Source: Myxococcota bacterium (lineage in GTDB: Bacteria > Myxococcota > UBA4151). Taken from it: 64,000 nucleotides of DNA. The stretch spans positions 924 through 64,923 of the forward strand of contig JAYZBQ010000018.1 in the NCBI GenBank assembly GCA_036338695.1, written 5' to 3'. Below, piece by piece: positions 56,572 to 64,000 of this stretch. Position numbers and translations under genes: made by a program. The notes under the pieces were generated by a model. It was not told where the DNA came from. It saw only the letters and a list, made by a program, of their open reading frames with translations, and did not search any database. How positions within the stretch are numbered: position 1 is the stretch's first letter; each line of letters starts with the position of its first letter.

Positions 56572-58077
56572 CTAACGATTGCGACTGTGAATTCCGCAGC
56601 GCACGAAATGCCCGACGACGTCGTCGAGTTGCCCCGCCTTGCTCAAGCGCACATAGACCGGCCCCGCCTCCGTTCGCCCGGGGTTTGCGTCTCGAAGGTA
56701 CGCTCGCTCAGAGTCCTCGATCGTCGCGCTGAGCTCCTCGTCGTTCCCATCGCGGACCGAGACCGTCAGATCGACCACGCCCGACCCTGCGCTGCGCGAG
56801 CGGCACACCACCGTGAGGCGTTGGTTCGCCTGCAGATCCACGCGAAAATAGTCGACGTCTCCATCGGGGAGCTGTGCCAAAGCAAAATGCGACTGCAAGG
56901 AGCCGTTTGGGGAGAGCGACACGCGCTCAGCGCGCTCGAGCGATCCGTTCGTCTCCTCCTCCTGCTCGGGGTCGTTGTCGCCGCGTCGGTACACCAGCAA
57001 GACGTAGAAGTCGTTGGCGCCGGCCTCACCTCCCGGGTGTTCCACCCAAAAGGTGTAATCGCCCGGAGCCAGATTCGGGGCGAAGGTGTCGAAGTCGTTG
57101 GCGGGGGTCCTGCGCGCCACCACGGCGCCGTCGGAATTGGTGATCCAGACCCTCCCGACCGGCCGGGTGGAGCCGTTACCAGAGGGCGACGCTTTGTAGA
57201 TGTTCATATCGAACTGCGTCTTGTCGCCCGCCTCCTCAGCTGTGGGGATGGAGAACGCGTAGGTGTCGACGTCGCCGCTGCGCTCGAATCCGCCCACAAC
57301 CCATGCGTAGTGATAGCGCTCCGACCAGCCCATGGCTTGCGCCGACTCGGCGTCATCGCCGGCTTCGGCGTCTAAGTTCACCTGCTCCGCGTCGGTCGCC
57401 AGCGCGCGGATCTTCAGCGTGTACACAAAGTTTCGAGCACCCCGAGCAGCCCCGACGCCGCCATTCTGAGCGTCTTGGACTTTGAGGTAATAGGTATCGG
57501 TCGCTGGCAGGCGAGTAATGATCCGGCTGTCTGCTTCGCCGTCATCATAGTTATCATTCTGCGCAATCCGAGTCCGCTCTGAATTGTAGAGCGTGATCAC
57601 CGTATCGACCAGCTCGTCATCGGCGTCGGCGTTGGCGTCGGTGGTGATGATGAGCCACTGCCCCTGCTCGCCCTCAAAGCGAAAATAGTCCTGGTCGCCA
57701 GCTGGGAAGATCGCGTCCACGACCTGGCCGCCAAAGCGACCGTCGGCCGCAAACTCCCAGGAGTCGTTGTTGTCTGCAGTCAGCTCGCAGTCGTTGCCGC
57801 ACGCGTCGTCGTCAACACCGTTGCCGTCATCGCAGGCTTCGCCGCCCTCGAGCACTCCGTTTCCGCACTCGGGGCGGGCTTCTCGCTGGCATTGATTGGA
57901 GCAGCCGTCACCGTTGCGAGGGTTCCCGTCGTCGCACTGCTCGCCTGGATCGACCACGCTGTTTCCACACAGGTTAACTCCAGCCGGGCCAGCGTCCGTG
58001 CTGCAGACCTCGACCTCTTTGACCTGCACGCACGCGCTCCATCCGAGCGCCGCCGCTAGGGCGATGAGTTGACGCAT
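56572..58077 (-). CDS. Lipoprotein with two Cys-rich repeats and PPC-like domains (paralog 2)
   Basis: GGAGG RBS; WSAC lipobox; GDQDYFRF, DTVITLY..QNDN, DVDTYAF, DVDYFRV. Confidence 0.85.
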   Translation of the reverse strand: MRQLIALAAALGWSACVQVKEVEVCSTDAGPAGVNLCGNSVVDPGEQCDDGNPRNGDGCSNQCQREARPECGNGVLEGGEACDDGNGVDDDACGNDCELTADNNDSWEFAADGRFGGQVVDAIFPAGDQDYFRFEGEQGQWLIITTDANADADDELVDTVITLYNSERTRIAQNDNYDDGEADSRIITRLPATDTYYLKVQDAQNGGVGAARGARNFVYTLKIRALATDAEQVNLDAEAGDDAESAQAMGWSERYHYAWVVGGFERSGDVDTYAFSIPTAEEAGDKTQFDMNIYKASPSGNGSTRPVGRVWITNSDGAVVARRTPANDFDTFAPNLAPGDYTFWVEHPGGEAGANDFYVLLVYRRGDNDPEQEEETNGSLERAERVSLSPNGSLQSHFALAQLPDGDVDYFRVDLQANQRLTVVCRSRSAGSGVVDLTVSVRDGNDEELSATIEDSERAYLRDANPGRTEAGPVYVRLSKAGQLDDVVGHFVRCGIHSRNR

Positions 58078-58153
58078 CGTACCTCCAAAAAACCGCAGGG
58101 TTCCGGAGTGCGTCATAAGGGATGCCTGCGCGCGCCGCAATGCGGCTCGCCCT

Positions 58154-60424
58154 CTAGCCGCTCAGCGCGGAGCGCAAAACCGACTGCAGCGCCTTGGCGT
58201 CTGCGCGCCCTTTCGAGGCCCGCATACACGCGCCCACGAAGAACCCGATCAGCCGCTGATCGCCGGCGCGAAAGCGCTCAACCTCGACCGGATGCGCTGA
58301 GATCACGCCTTGGACCAGCGCGTCCAAGTCCAGCTCCTCGCGTGCGTCGAGCACCCCAAGCGCCTGAGCGACCGCCTCGGGCTCGCCGCCCACCGACATC
58401 AACTCCGTCAGGACGGCGCCATGGTCCGCACGGCCGATCCGCCCGGCGCTGACCAGCGCAAGGAAGCCAGCGACCTGGACCCCGCTGAGCCGCTGCGCGC
58501 CGTCATCGCCCTTGCGCAGCGCCCGCAGGTCGTTGAGCAACCACTTGGCAGCGTCTTGCGCCTCCGCGCCTGCGGCGACGCTCTCTTCCCACTGCTCACG
58601 AAGCGCGCGATCTCGGCAGAGCCTGAGCGCATCGGCGGGCCGCACATTGCGCGCAATGACCGCGTCGACCTCAGCCTGCAGCGCCGCCGAGACCTCGGGC
58701 GCTCGGCCAGCGCTCGGCGCCTGCTTCGGCGCTCGCTTCGGCTCGGGCGCCTTAGGCTGAGGCGCCTGCTTGGCCTTACCCCAGCTGTCCCGCAGACCAA
58801 CGATCCGGTTGAACACAACACCCTCATCGTCCGGGTCGCGGTAAAAATAACCGCACCGCTCAAACTGAAACCGTGAACCGAGCGCTTCGGCGGCCGCGTA
58901 AGGCTCAACGTAGGCGCCCTCGAGCACCTGCAACGAATTGGGGTTCAGCTCGTCTCGATAGTCGACCTCCGGCTGGCTACCAGGCGATGGCGCATCAAAC
59001 AGCGGCTCGATCAGTCGCACCGTAGCAGGCACGGCGTCGGCGGCGTTGAGCCAATGGATCGTCCCACGGACCTTTCGGCCGACCGGCGCCGCGCCGAGGG
59101 TCGCCAGGTCAGCCGTTGCGCGCAGTTCGGTGACGACGCCGTCGGCATCCTTGATCACCTCATCGCAGCGGACGACCCAACCACGCCGCAATCGGACCTC
59201 TCCGCCTGGCGACAAGCGACGCCAACCTTTGGGCGGGACCTCGGCGAAGTCGCTGCGCTCGATGAGCAACTCGGAGCCTAGGTTGAGGCGACGTGTGGCG
59301 TCGCCCGGCACATCGTGAGGCCACAGCTCCGCTTCGATCGCCACCGGCTCGTCCACGTTGGTCAGGGTCAGCTTGATGGGGTCGAGCACGGCCATCACGC
59401 GCTCGGCGCGGGTGTTCAGCGTGTCTCGCAGCGCGAAGTCAAACTTATCCCAATCGACGGTCGAATTCGCCTTCGCCACCCCGATCATGTCGCAGAACTG
59501 CCGGATCGCCTCCGGCGGAACACCCCGGCGCCGAATCCCAGCGAGGGTCGGCATGCGCGGGTCATCCCAGCCCCAAACGTGCCCTTCTTGCACCAGCGCG
59601 ATCAACCTGCGCTTCGACATGACCGTGTTTGGGAGCGCCAGCCGCGCCATCTCATACTGCCTCGGTCGGTAGGTCGGTAAGGTCACGTGCTCGATGACCC
59701 AGTCGTACAGCTCGCGGTTGTTCTGAAATTCGAGCGTGCAGATCGAATGCGTCACCCCTTCGATCGCGTCCTCAAGGCAGTGGGCGAAGTCATACATGGG
59801 GTAGATACACCAGGCGTCGCCGGTGCGATGGTGGTGCTCTTTTCGGATCCGATAAAGCAGCGGGTCACGCATCAAAATATTGGCTGCGCTCAGGTCGATT
59901 TTTGCCCTCAAAACGCAGTGCCCGTCAGGGTATTCGCCGGCGCGCATCTTACGGAAGTGCTCGGCGTTCTCCTCGGGGCTCGTATCGCGATACCGACTCG
60001 GCGTACCGGGCTCACCCACGGCGCCGCGCATCGAACGCAGCTCCTCGATCGACGAAAAATCGACATACGCGAGCCCTTGCGCGATCAGCTCCTCCGCCCA
60101 GCTCGCCATCTGCTCAAAATAGTCGGAGGCGAAGCGCACCTCGCCGGTCCACTCGAACCCCAGCCAGCGCACGTCGTTCATGATGGACTCGACGTATTCG
60201 GTGTCTTCGGTGGTCGGGTTGGTGTCGTCAAAGCGCAGGTGGCAGTCCCCACCATACTGAGCTGCGAGCCCAAAATTGACGCAGATCGCTTTGGCGTGAC
60301 CGATGTGGAGGTAGCCGTTGGGTTCGGGCGGAAAGCGAGTGATCACGCGCCCACCGTGGGTATCGGCCGCCAGGTCAGCGTCGATGATCTCGGTAATAAA
60401 ATTCGACAGCTTCTTTTCGCTCAC
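58154..60424 (-). CDS. glnS: Glutamine--tRNA ligase with C-terminal YqeY/GatB-like domain
   Basis: GTG 60424 after AGGAG; TRFPPEPNGYLHIGHAK, YPMYDFAH, MSKR, FQFER.GYF; C-terminal GFFVG..M..SKGRAD. Confidence 0.96.
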   Translation of the reverse strand: MSEKKLSNFITEIIDADLAADTHGGRVITRFPPEPNGYLHIGHAKAICVNFGLAAQYGGDCHLRFDDTNPTTEDTEYVESIMNDVRWLGFEWTGEVRFASDYFEQMASWAEELIAQGLAYVDFSSIEELRSMRGAVGEPGTPSRYRDTSPEENAEHFRKMRAGEYPDGHCVLRAKIDLSAANILMRDPLLYRIRKEHHHRTGDAWCIYPMYDFAHCLEDAIEGVTHSICTLEFQNNRELYDWVIEHVTLPTYRPRQYEMARLALPNTVMSKRRLIALVQEGHVWGWDDPRMPTLAGIRRRGVPPEAIRQFCDMIGVAKANSTVDWDKFDFALRDTLNTRAERVMAVLDPIKLTLTNVDEPVAIEAELWPHDVPGDATRRLNLGSELLIERSDFAEVPPKGWRRLSPGGEVRLRRGWVVRCDEVIKDADGVVTELRATADLATLGAAPVGRKVRGTIHWLNAADAVPATVRLIEPLFDAPSPGSQPEVDYRDELNPNSLQVLEGAYVEPYAAAEALGSRFQFERCGYFYRDPDDEGVVFNRIVGLRDSWGKAKQAPQPKAPEPKRAPKQAPSAGRAPEVSAALQAEVDAVIARNVRPADALRLCRDRALREQWEESVAAGAEAQDAAKWLLNDLRALRKGDDGAQRLSGVQVAGFLALVSAGRIGRADHGAVLTELMSVGGEPEAVAQALGVLDAREELDLDALVQGVISAHPVEVERFRAGDQRLIGFFVGACMRASKGRADAKALQSVLRSALSG

Positions 60425-60530
60425 AGCGCGCACTCCTCGAGTGCAGGCGATAATGCAGCGAGCGGGAGATCGCAACGCTTGAACGGTGGCGCCATTGCGG
60501 CGCGGCTTGGGCGGAGGCATACACCGTAGC

Positions 60531-61589
60531 ATGGACACCCGGCTCGTCGCAGCAGCGATCCCCCTCTTTGGCTTGTTCATTGCCCTCGAGTGGTGGGTGG
60601 CGCGCCGCCGCCGCGTAACGATCTACCGACTCTTCGACGCGATCGCCGACCTGAGCTGCGGGATCGCACAGCAGCTTTGCTTGCTGGTCAGTCAAGCGCC
60701 CCTCTTGGTCGTCTACGCGTACCTCCAGAGTCACTATGGGCTGTGGACCTTTGAGAAGAGCCTCGGCACCTTCGCCCTCGCCTGGCTGATCAACGACTTC
60801 TTGTACTACTGGTGGCATCGCGCCAGCCACCGGATCAACTGGCTCTGGGCGCTGCACGTCGTTCACCACCAGAGCGAGGACTTCAACCTCGCTGTGGCGC
60901 TGCGACAGGCGATGTTCACCCACACAACCGCCATGATCTTTTATGCCCCGATGGCGCTGATGGGCTTCGACGTCGTCACGTTTGGGGTGGTGCTTGCGCT
61001 GAACACGCTCGTTCAGTTCTGGATCCACACCGAGCTGATCCGTGACTGCGGGCCGATCGAGTGGATCTTCAACACGCCGAGCCACCACCGGGTCCACCAC
61101 GGCATCAACGATCGCTACCTCGACACCAACTACGCCGGCTTCCTGATCATCTGGGATAAGCTCTTCGGCACCTTTGAGCGCGAAGAGGAAGAGGTCGTCT
61201 ACGGGATCACCAAACCGCTCAACAGCTTCAACCCGTTCTGGGCGAACACGCACTACTTCGTCGAGCTTGCGCAGCGCGCCTGGCGTCTAGAGCGCCTGCG
61301 CGACAAGCTGTGGGTTTGGTGGGCGCCGCCTGAGTGGCTCGGACAAGGCGAAGAGTCGCCGGCGCGCGCGCCTCAGCGACGCGCCGATCAGGTCAAATTC
61401 GACCGGGTCAGCTCGCCCGGTCGCACCGCGCTGGCTCTGGCCCTCTTTGGCGTGATTATGGCGGCGACGCTGGCGATGATCATCTACGGAAAAAGCCTGG
61501 GTTTCCTGCCGCTGATCGGTGCCATCGGAGGTCTGTATCTGATGCTCTGGATGGTGACGTGGGGCCGCAGCGCACCCGCAAAAATCTGA
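60531..61589 (+). CDS. Fatty-acid hydroxylase/sterol desaturase family, AGMO-like
   Basis: His boxes HRASH, HVVHH, WIH, HHRVHH; NYAGFLIIWDKLFGTF. Confidence 0.92.
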   Translation: MDTRLVAAAIPLFGLFIALEWWVARRRRVTIYRLFDAIADLSCGIAQQLCLLVSQAPLLVVYAYLQSHYGLWTFEKSLGTFALAWLINDFLYYWWHRASHRINWLWALHVVHHQSEDFNLAVALRQAMFTHTTAMIFYAPMALMGFDVVTFGVVLALNTLVQFWIHTELIRDCGPIEWIFNTPSHHRVHHGINDRYLDTNYAGFLIIWDKLFGTFEREEEEVVYGITKPLNSFNPFWANTHYFVELAQRAWRLERLRDKLWVWWAPPEWLGQGEESPARAPQRRADQVKFDRVSSPGRTALALALFGVIMAATLAMIIYGKSLGFLPLIGAIGGLYLMLWMVTWGRSAPAKI

Positions 61590-61667
61590 TCGCTGGGTTG
61601 CGAATTGACTTCCGCATCCTAGATTGCGCATACACCTGCACAACCCTTTCGTTTAGGAGCGAAAACA

Positions 61668-62291
61668 ATGAGCATTTTGGTTGGTCGTAAAGCCCCTGAT
61701 TTCACCACGCAAGCCGTGCTGAGCAGTGGCGAGATCGTCGAGGACTTTCAACTCAGTAGCGTCATCTCCGGCAAGTACGGTGTCGTCTTCTTCTACCCGC
61801 TGGACTTCACCTTCGTCTGCCCCAGCGAGATCATCGCTATGGACCACCGCGCCGCCAAGCTGCGCGAGCTGGGCTGTGAGATCGTCGGCATCTCGATCGA
61901 CTCGCACCACACCCACTTTGCGTGGCGCAACACCGCCATCGAGAACGGCGGGATCGGTCAGCTCAGCTACACGCTGGCGGCGGACATGAACCACACCATC
62001 GCTCAGTCCTACGGGATCCAAAGCGACGGCGGTGACTCCTACTACCCGGCGGGCGTCGCCATGCGCGCCACCTTCATCATCGACCAAAACGGTGTCGTTC
62101 GTCACCAGGTCGTCAACGATGAGCCGCTCGGGCGCAACATGGACGAGGTCGTCCGGATCGTCGAAGCCCTGCAGTTCTTCGAAGAGCACGGTCAAGTTTG
62201 CCCCGCAGGCTGGCAAAAGGGTCAGCCGGGTATGACCAACACCGCCGACGGTGTTGCGTCGTACCTCGCTGAAAACGCTGGCGACCTGTAA
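61668..62291 (+). CDS. ahpC: Typical 2-Cys peroxiredoxin (AhpC/Prx1)
   Basis: FYPLDFTFVCPSE, RATFIID, GRN, VCPAGW; AGGAG RBS. Confidence 0.95.
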   Translation: MSILVGRKAPDFTTQAVLSSGEIVEDFQLSSVISGKYGVVFFYPLDFTFVCPSEIIAMDHRAAKLRELGCEIVGISIDSHHTHFAWRNTAIENGGIGQLSYTLAADMNHTIAQSYGIQSDGGDSYYPAGVAMRATFIIDQNGVVRHQVVNDEPLGRNMDEVVRIVEALQFFEEHGQVCPAGWQKGQPGMTNTADGVASYLAENAGDL

Positions 62292-62319
62292 GTCTCCGAG
62301 CGAGCTTCAAAGCGAAGCG

Positions 62320-62352
62320 CGGCGCCTCATCACGAGGCGTCGTTCTTTTTTT
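62320..62352 (+). terminator. Intrinsic terminator after peroxiredoxin
   Basis: CGGCGCCTC-ATCAC-GAGGCGTCG then TTCTTTTTTT. Confidence 0.85.
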
Positions 62353-62421
62353 GTGCGCTGAGACGCAAAGGCGAGCCGCGAATCTTGATGCGATCGGCGC
62401 TCCCACGTACAGTGGCGCACC

Positions 62422-64000
62422 ATGAGTAACGTACGCTTTCATCTCAACGGTCAGCCGGTGCTGGCCGAGAACTTACAACCGACCTCGACGCTGCTGCGCT
62501 GGCTGCGCGAAAACAAAGGGCTCACGGGTACCAAAGAGGGCTGCGCAGAGGGCGACTGCGGCGCCTGCTCGGTCGTCATCGCTGACCCGCTCGGCGAGGG
62601 CGGCACGACCCTACGCTCGGTCAACTCGTGCTTGGTGCTCACCCCCACGCTCGAGGGGCAGCACGTGTTCACCGTCGAGGGGCTGCAAGCCGAAGACGGC
62701 ACCCCCCACCCCGTCCAAGAAGCGATGGTCAAGCACCTGGGTAGCCAGTGCGGCTACTGCACCCCCGGCTTCATCATGGCGATGGCTGAGGGGGCCCACC
62801 GAACGGACCTCGACGAGCCCTGGAAGCTCAATGACCAGCTCTGCGGGAACCTGTGTCGGTGCACGGGGTATCGACCGATCCGAGATGCGCTCCGAGACGT
62901 TGCGGGCACCTGCCCCGCTGACGGGCTCGCCCAAGCTCGAGCGGCTGGCGGCGCGGTCGGCGAGGTCCGCTCCGAGGGCTTCTCGCAGCCTCAGACGCTC
63001 GCGGCGTTCTTTGAACAGCTTGAGCGAACGCCCAGCGCTCAGCTCGTGGCAGGCGCCACCGATCTCGGGCTCCTCATCACCAAGAAGCATGCCCGCTACG
63101 ATCACATCATCTCGTTGCTCGCGCTGCCTGAGCTGCGCGGCATCCGCAAGACCCCCACTGGCTGGTCGATCGGCGCCGCCGTACCGCTCGCCGACGTGGA
63201 AGCCTTCGCCGTTGAAGCCTTACCGGTTCTAGGCAGAGCGCTCCGATACTTCGGGAGCCGTCAGATCAAGCATCGAGGGACGCTCGGCGGGAACCTCGCC
63301 ACCGCCTCCCCCATCGGCGACTCTGCGCCCGTGCTGATGGCGCTCAACGCCTCCCTGATTCTAGCCTCTGCGAGCGGTCAGCGACGCGTCGCACTCGACG
63401 ACTTCTTTGTCGGCTATCGCCAGACGGCGCAGCGCCAAGGCGAGCTGATCACGCGCATCGAGATCCCGCGACCTGAGCCGGACACACGCTTGGGCAGCTA
63501 CAAGGTCTCGAGGCGGCGCGAGATGGACATCAGCGCCATCGCACTCGGCGCGGCGATCACGCTGTCGGGCGACGACACCGTCCAAGCTGCGCGCTTGGTG
63601 TTTGGCGGCATGGCGGCGACGACCCAGCGTGCGAAAGGCGCCGAGGCAGCGCTGGTCGGCAAACCCTGGAGCGTGGACACGGTCCGCGCCGCGATGCGTG
63701 CGCTCGATACCGATTTCACGCCGCTCTCGGACCACCGCGGCAGCGCCGAGTATCGCCGCGCCGTGGCGGCGAACTTACTGATGGGACTGTACGAGGAAGC
63801 CAAGGCGGCGCCCAACGGCGCGCTGCCTGCTTGGCACGCCGGGACGGTCCTACCGGGCAACGACGAGCAGGTCGCAGCCTACCACCCGGCGCCTACCCAT
63901 CATGAGGGGGCAGGCTCCCCGCTGCATCAACCCAGCGCCCATGAGAGCGGTCTCAGGCACACCACCGGCGAGGCGCTCTACGTCGAGGACGTCGCCACCC
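62422..64000 (+). CDS. Xanthine dehydrogenase, 2Fe-2S/FAD part fused in frame to the start of the molybdopterin subunit; truncated by window edge
   Basis: Not in ORF track. GTKEGCAEGDCGAC, SQCGYCTPG, GNLCRCTGY, AGATDLG, GTLGGNLATASPIGD, YKVSRRREMDIS, then HESGLRHTTGEALYVED (XdhB N-terminus). Confidence 0.92.
   Translation, partial: MSNVRFHLNGQPVLAENLQPTSTLLRWLRENKGLTGTKEGCAEGDCGACSVVIADPLGEGGTTLRSVNSCLVLTPTLEGQHVFTVEGLQAEDGTPHPVQEAMVKHLGSQCGYCTPGFIMAMAEGAHRTDLDEPWKLNDQLCGNLCRCTGYRPIRDALRDVAGTCPADGLAQARAAGGAVGEVRSEGFSQPQTLAAFFEQLERTPSAQLVAGATDLGLLITKKHARYDHIISLLALPELRGIRKTPTGWSIGAAVPLADVEAFAVEALPVLGRALRYFGSRQIKHRGTLGGNLATASPIGDSAPVLMALNASLILASASGQRRVALDDFFVGYRQTAQRQGELITRIEIPRPEPDTRLGSYKVSRRREMDISAIALGAAITLSGDDTVQAARLVFGGMAATTQRAKGAEAALVGKPWSVDTVRAAMRALDTDFTPLSDHRGSAEYRRAVAANLLMGLYEEAKAAPNGALPAWHAGTVLPGNDEQVAAYHPAPTHHEGAGSPLHQPSAHESGLRHTTGEALYVEDVAT

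Overview
High-GC (roughly two-thirds G+C by eye) bacterial chromosomal segment. Gene content (five proteins with myxobacterial Cys-rich DUF4215-type repeats, many Cys-rich lipoproteins, fused XdhA-XdhB, GlnRS-YqeY) points to a Myxococcota/deltaproteobacterial genome; this is inference. It is mostly core genes (lepA, rel, recG, surE-yqaA-nlpD, glnS, split rlmK/rlmL, sufE, ahpC, tRNA-Pro(GGG), glucan-metabolism genes) interleaved with exported proteins. I saw no integrase, transposase, phage, CRISPR, reverse transcriptase or recognisable defence system. Best leads for undescribed biology: (i) lipoproteins sharing a Cys-rich stalk but carrying different animal-like recognition heads (QPD/WND C-type lectin, fibrinogen-like, RCC1 propeller, PPC), with a recurring D-A-G motif in the tethers of many unrelated lipoproteins; (ii) a signal-peptide-less protein with ~35-aa beta-hairpin repeats and a beta-barrel-type C-terminus; (iii) a GTDC1/QTMAN-like glycosyltransferase that appears to start at CTG; (iv) a PhnD-like binding protein fused to membrane helices with altered ligand residues; (v) an unannotated 52-aa ORF behind an RBS-sequestering hairpin. 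All functional calls come from motif recognition by eye, not database searches.
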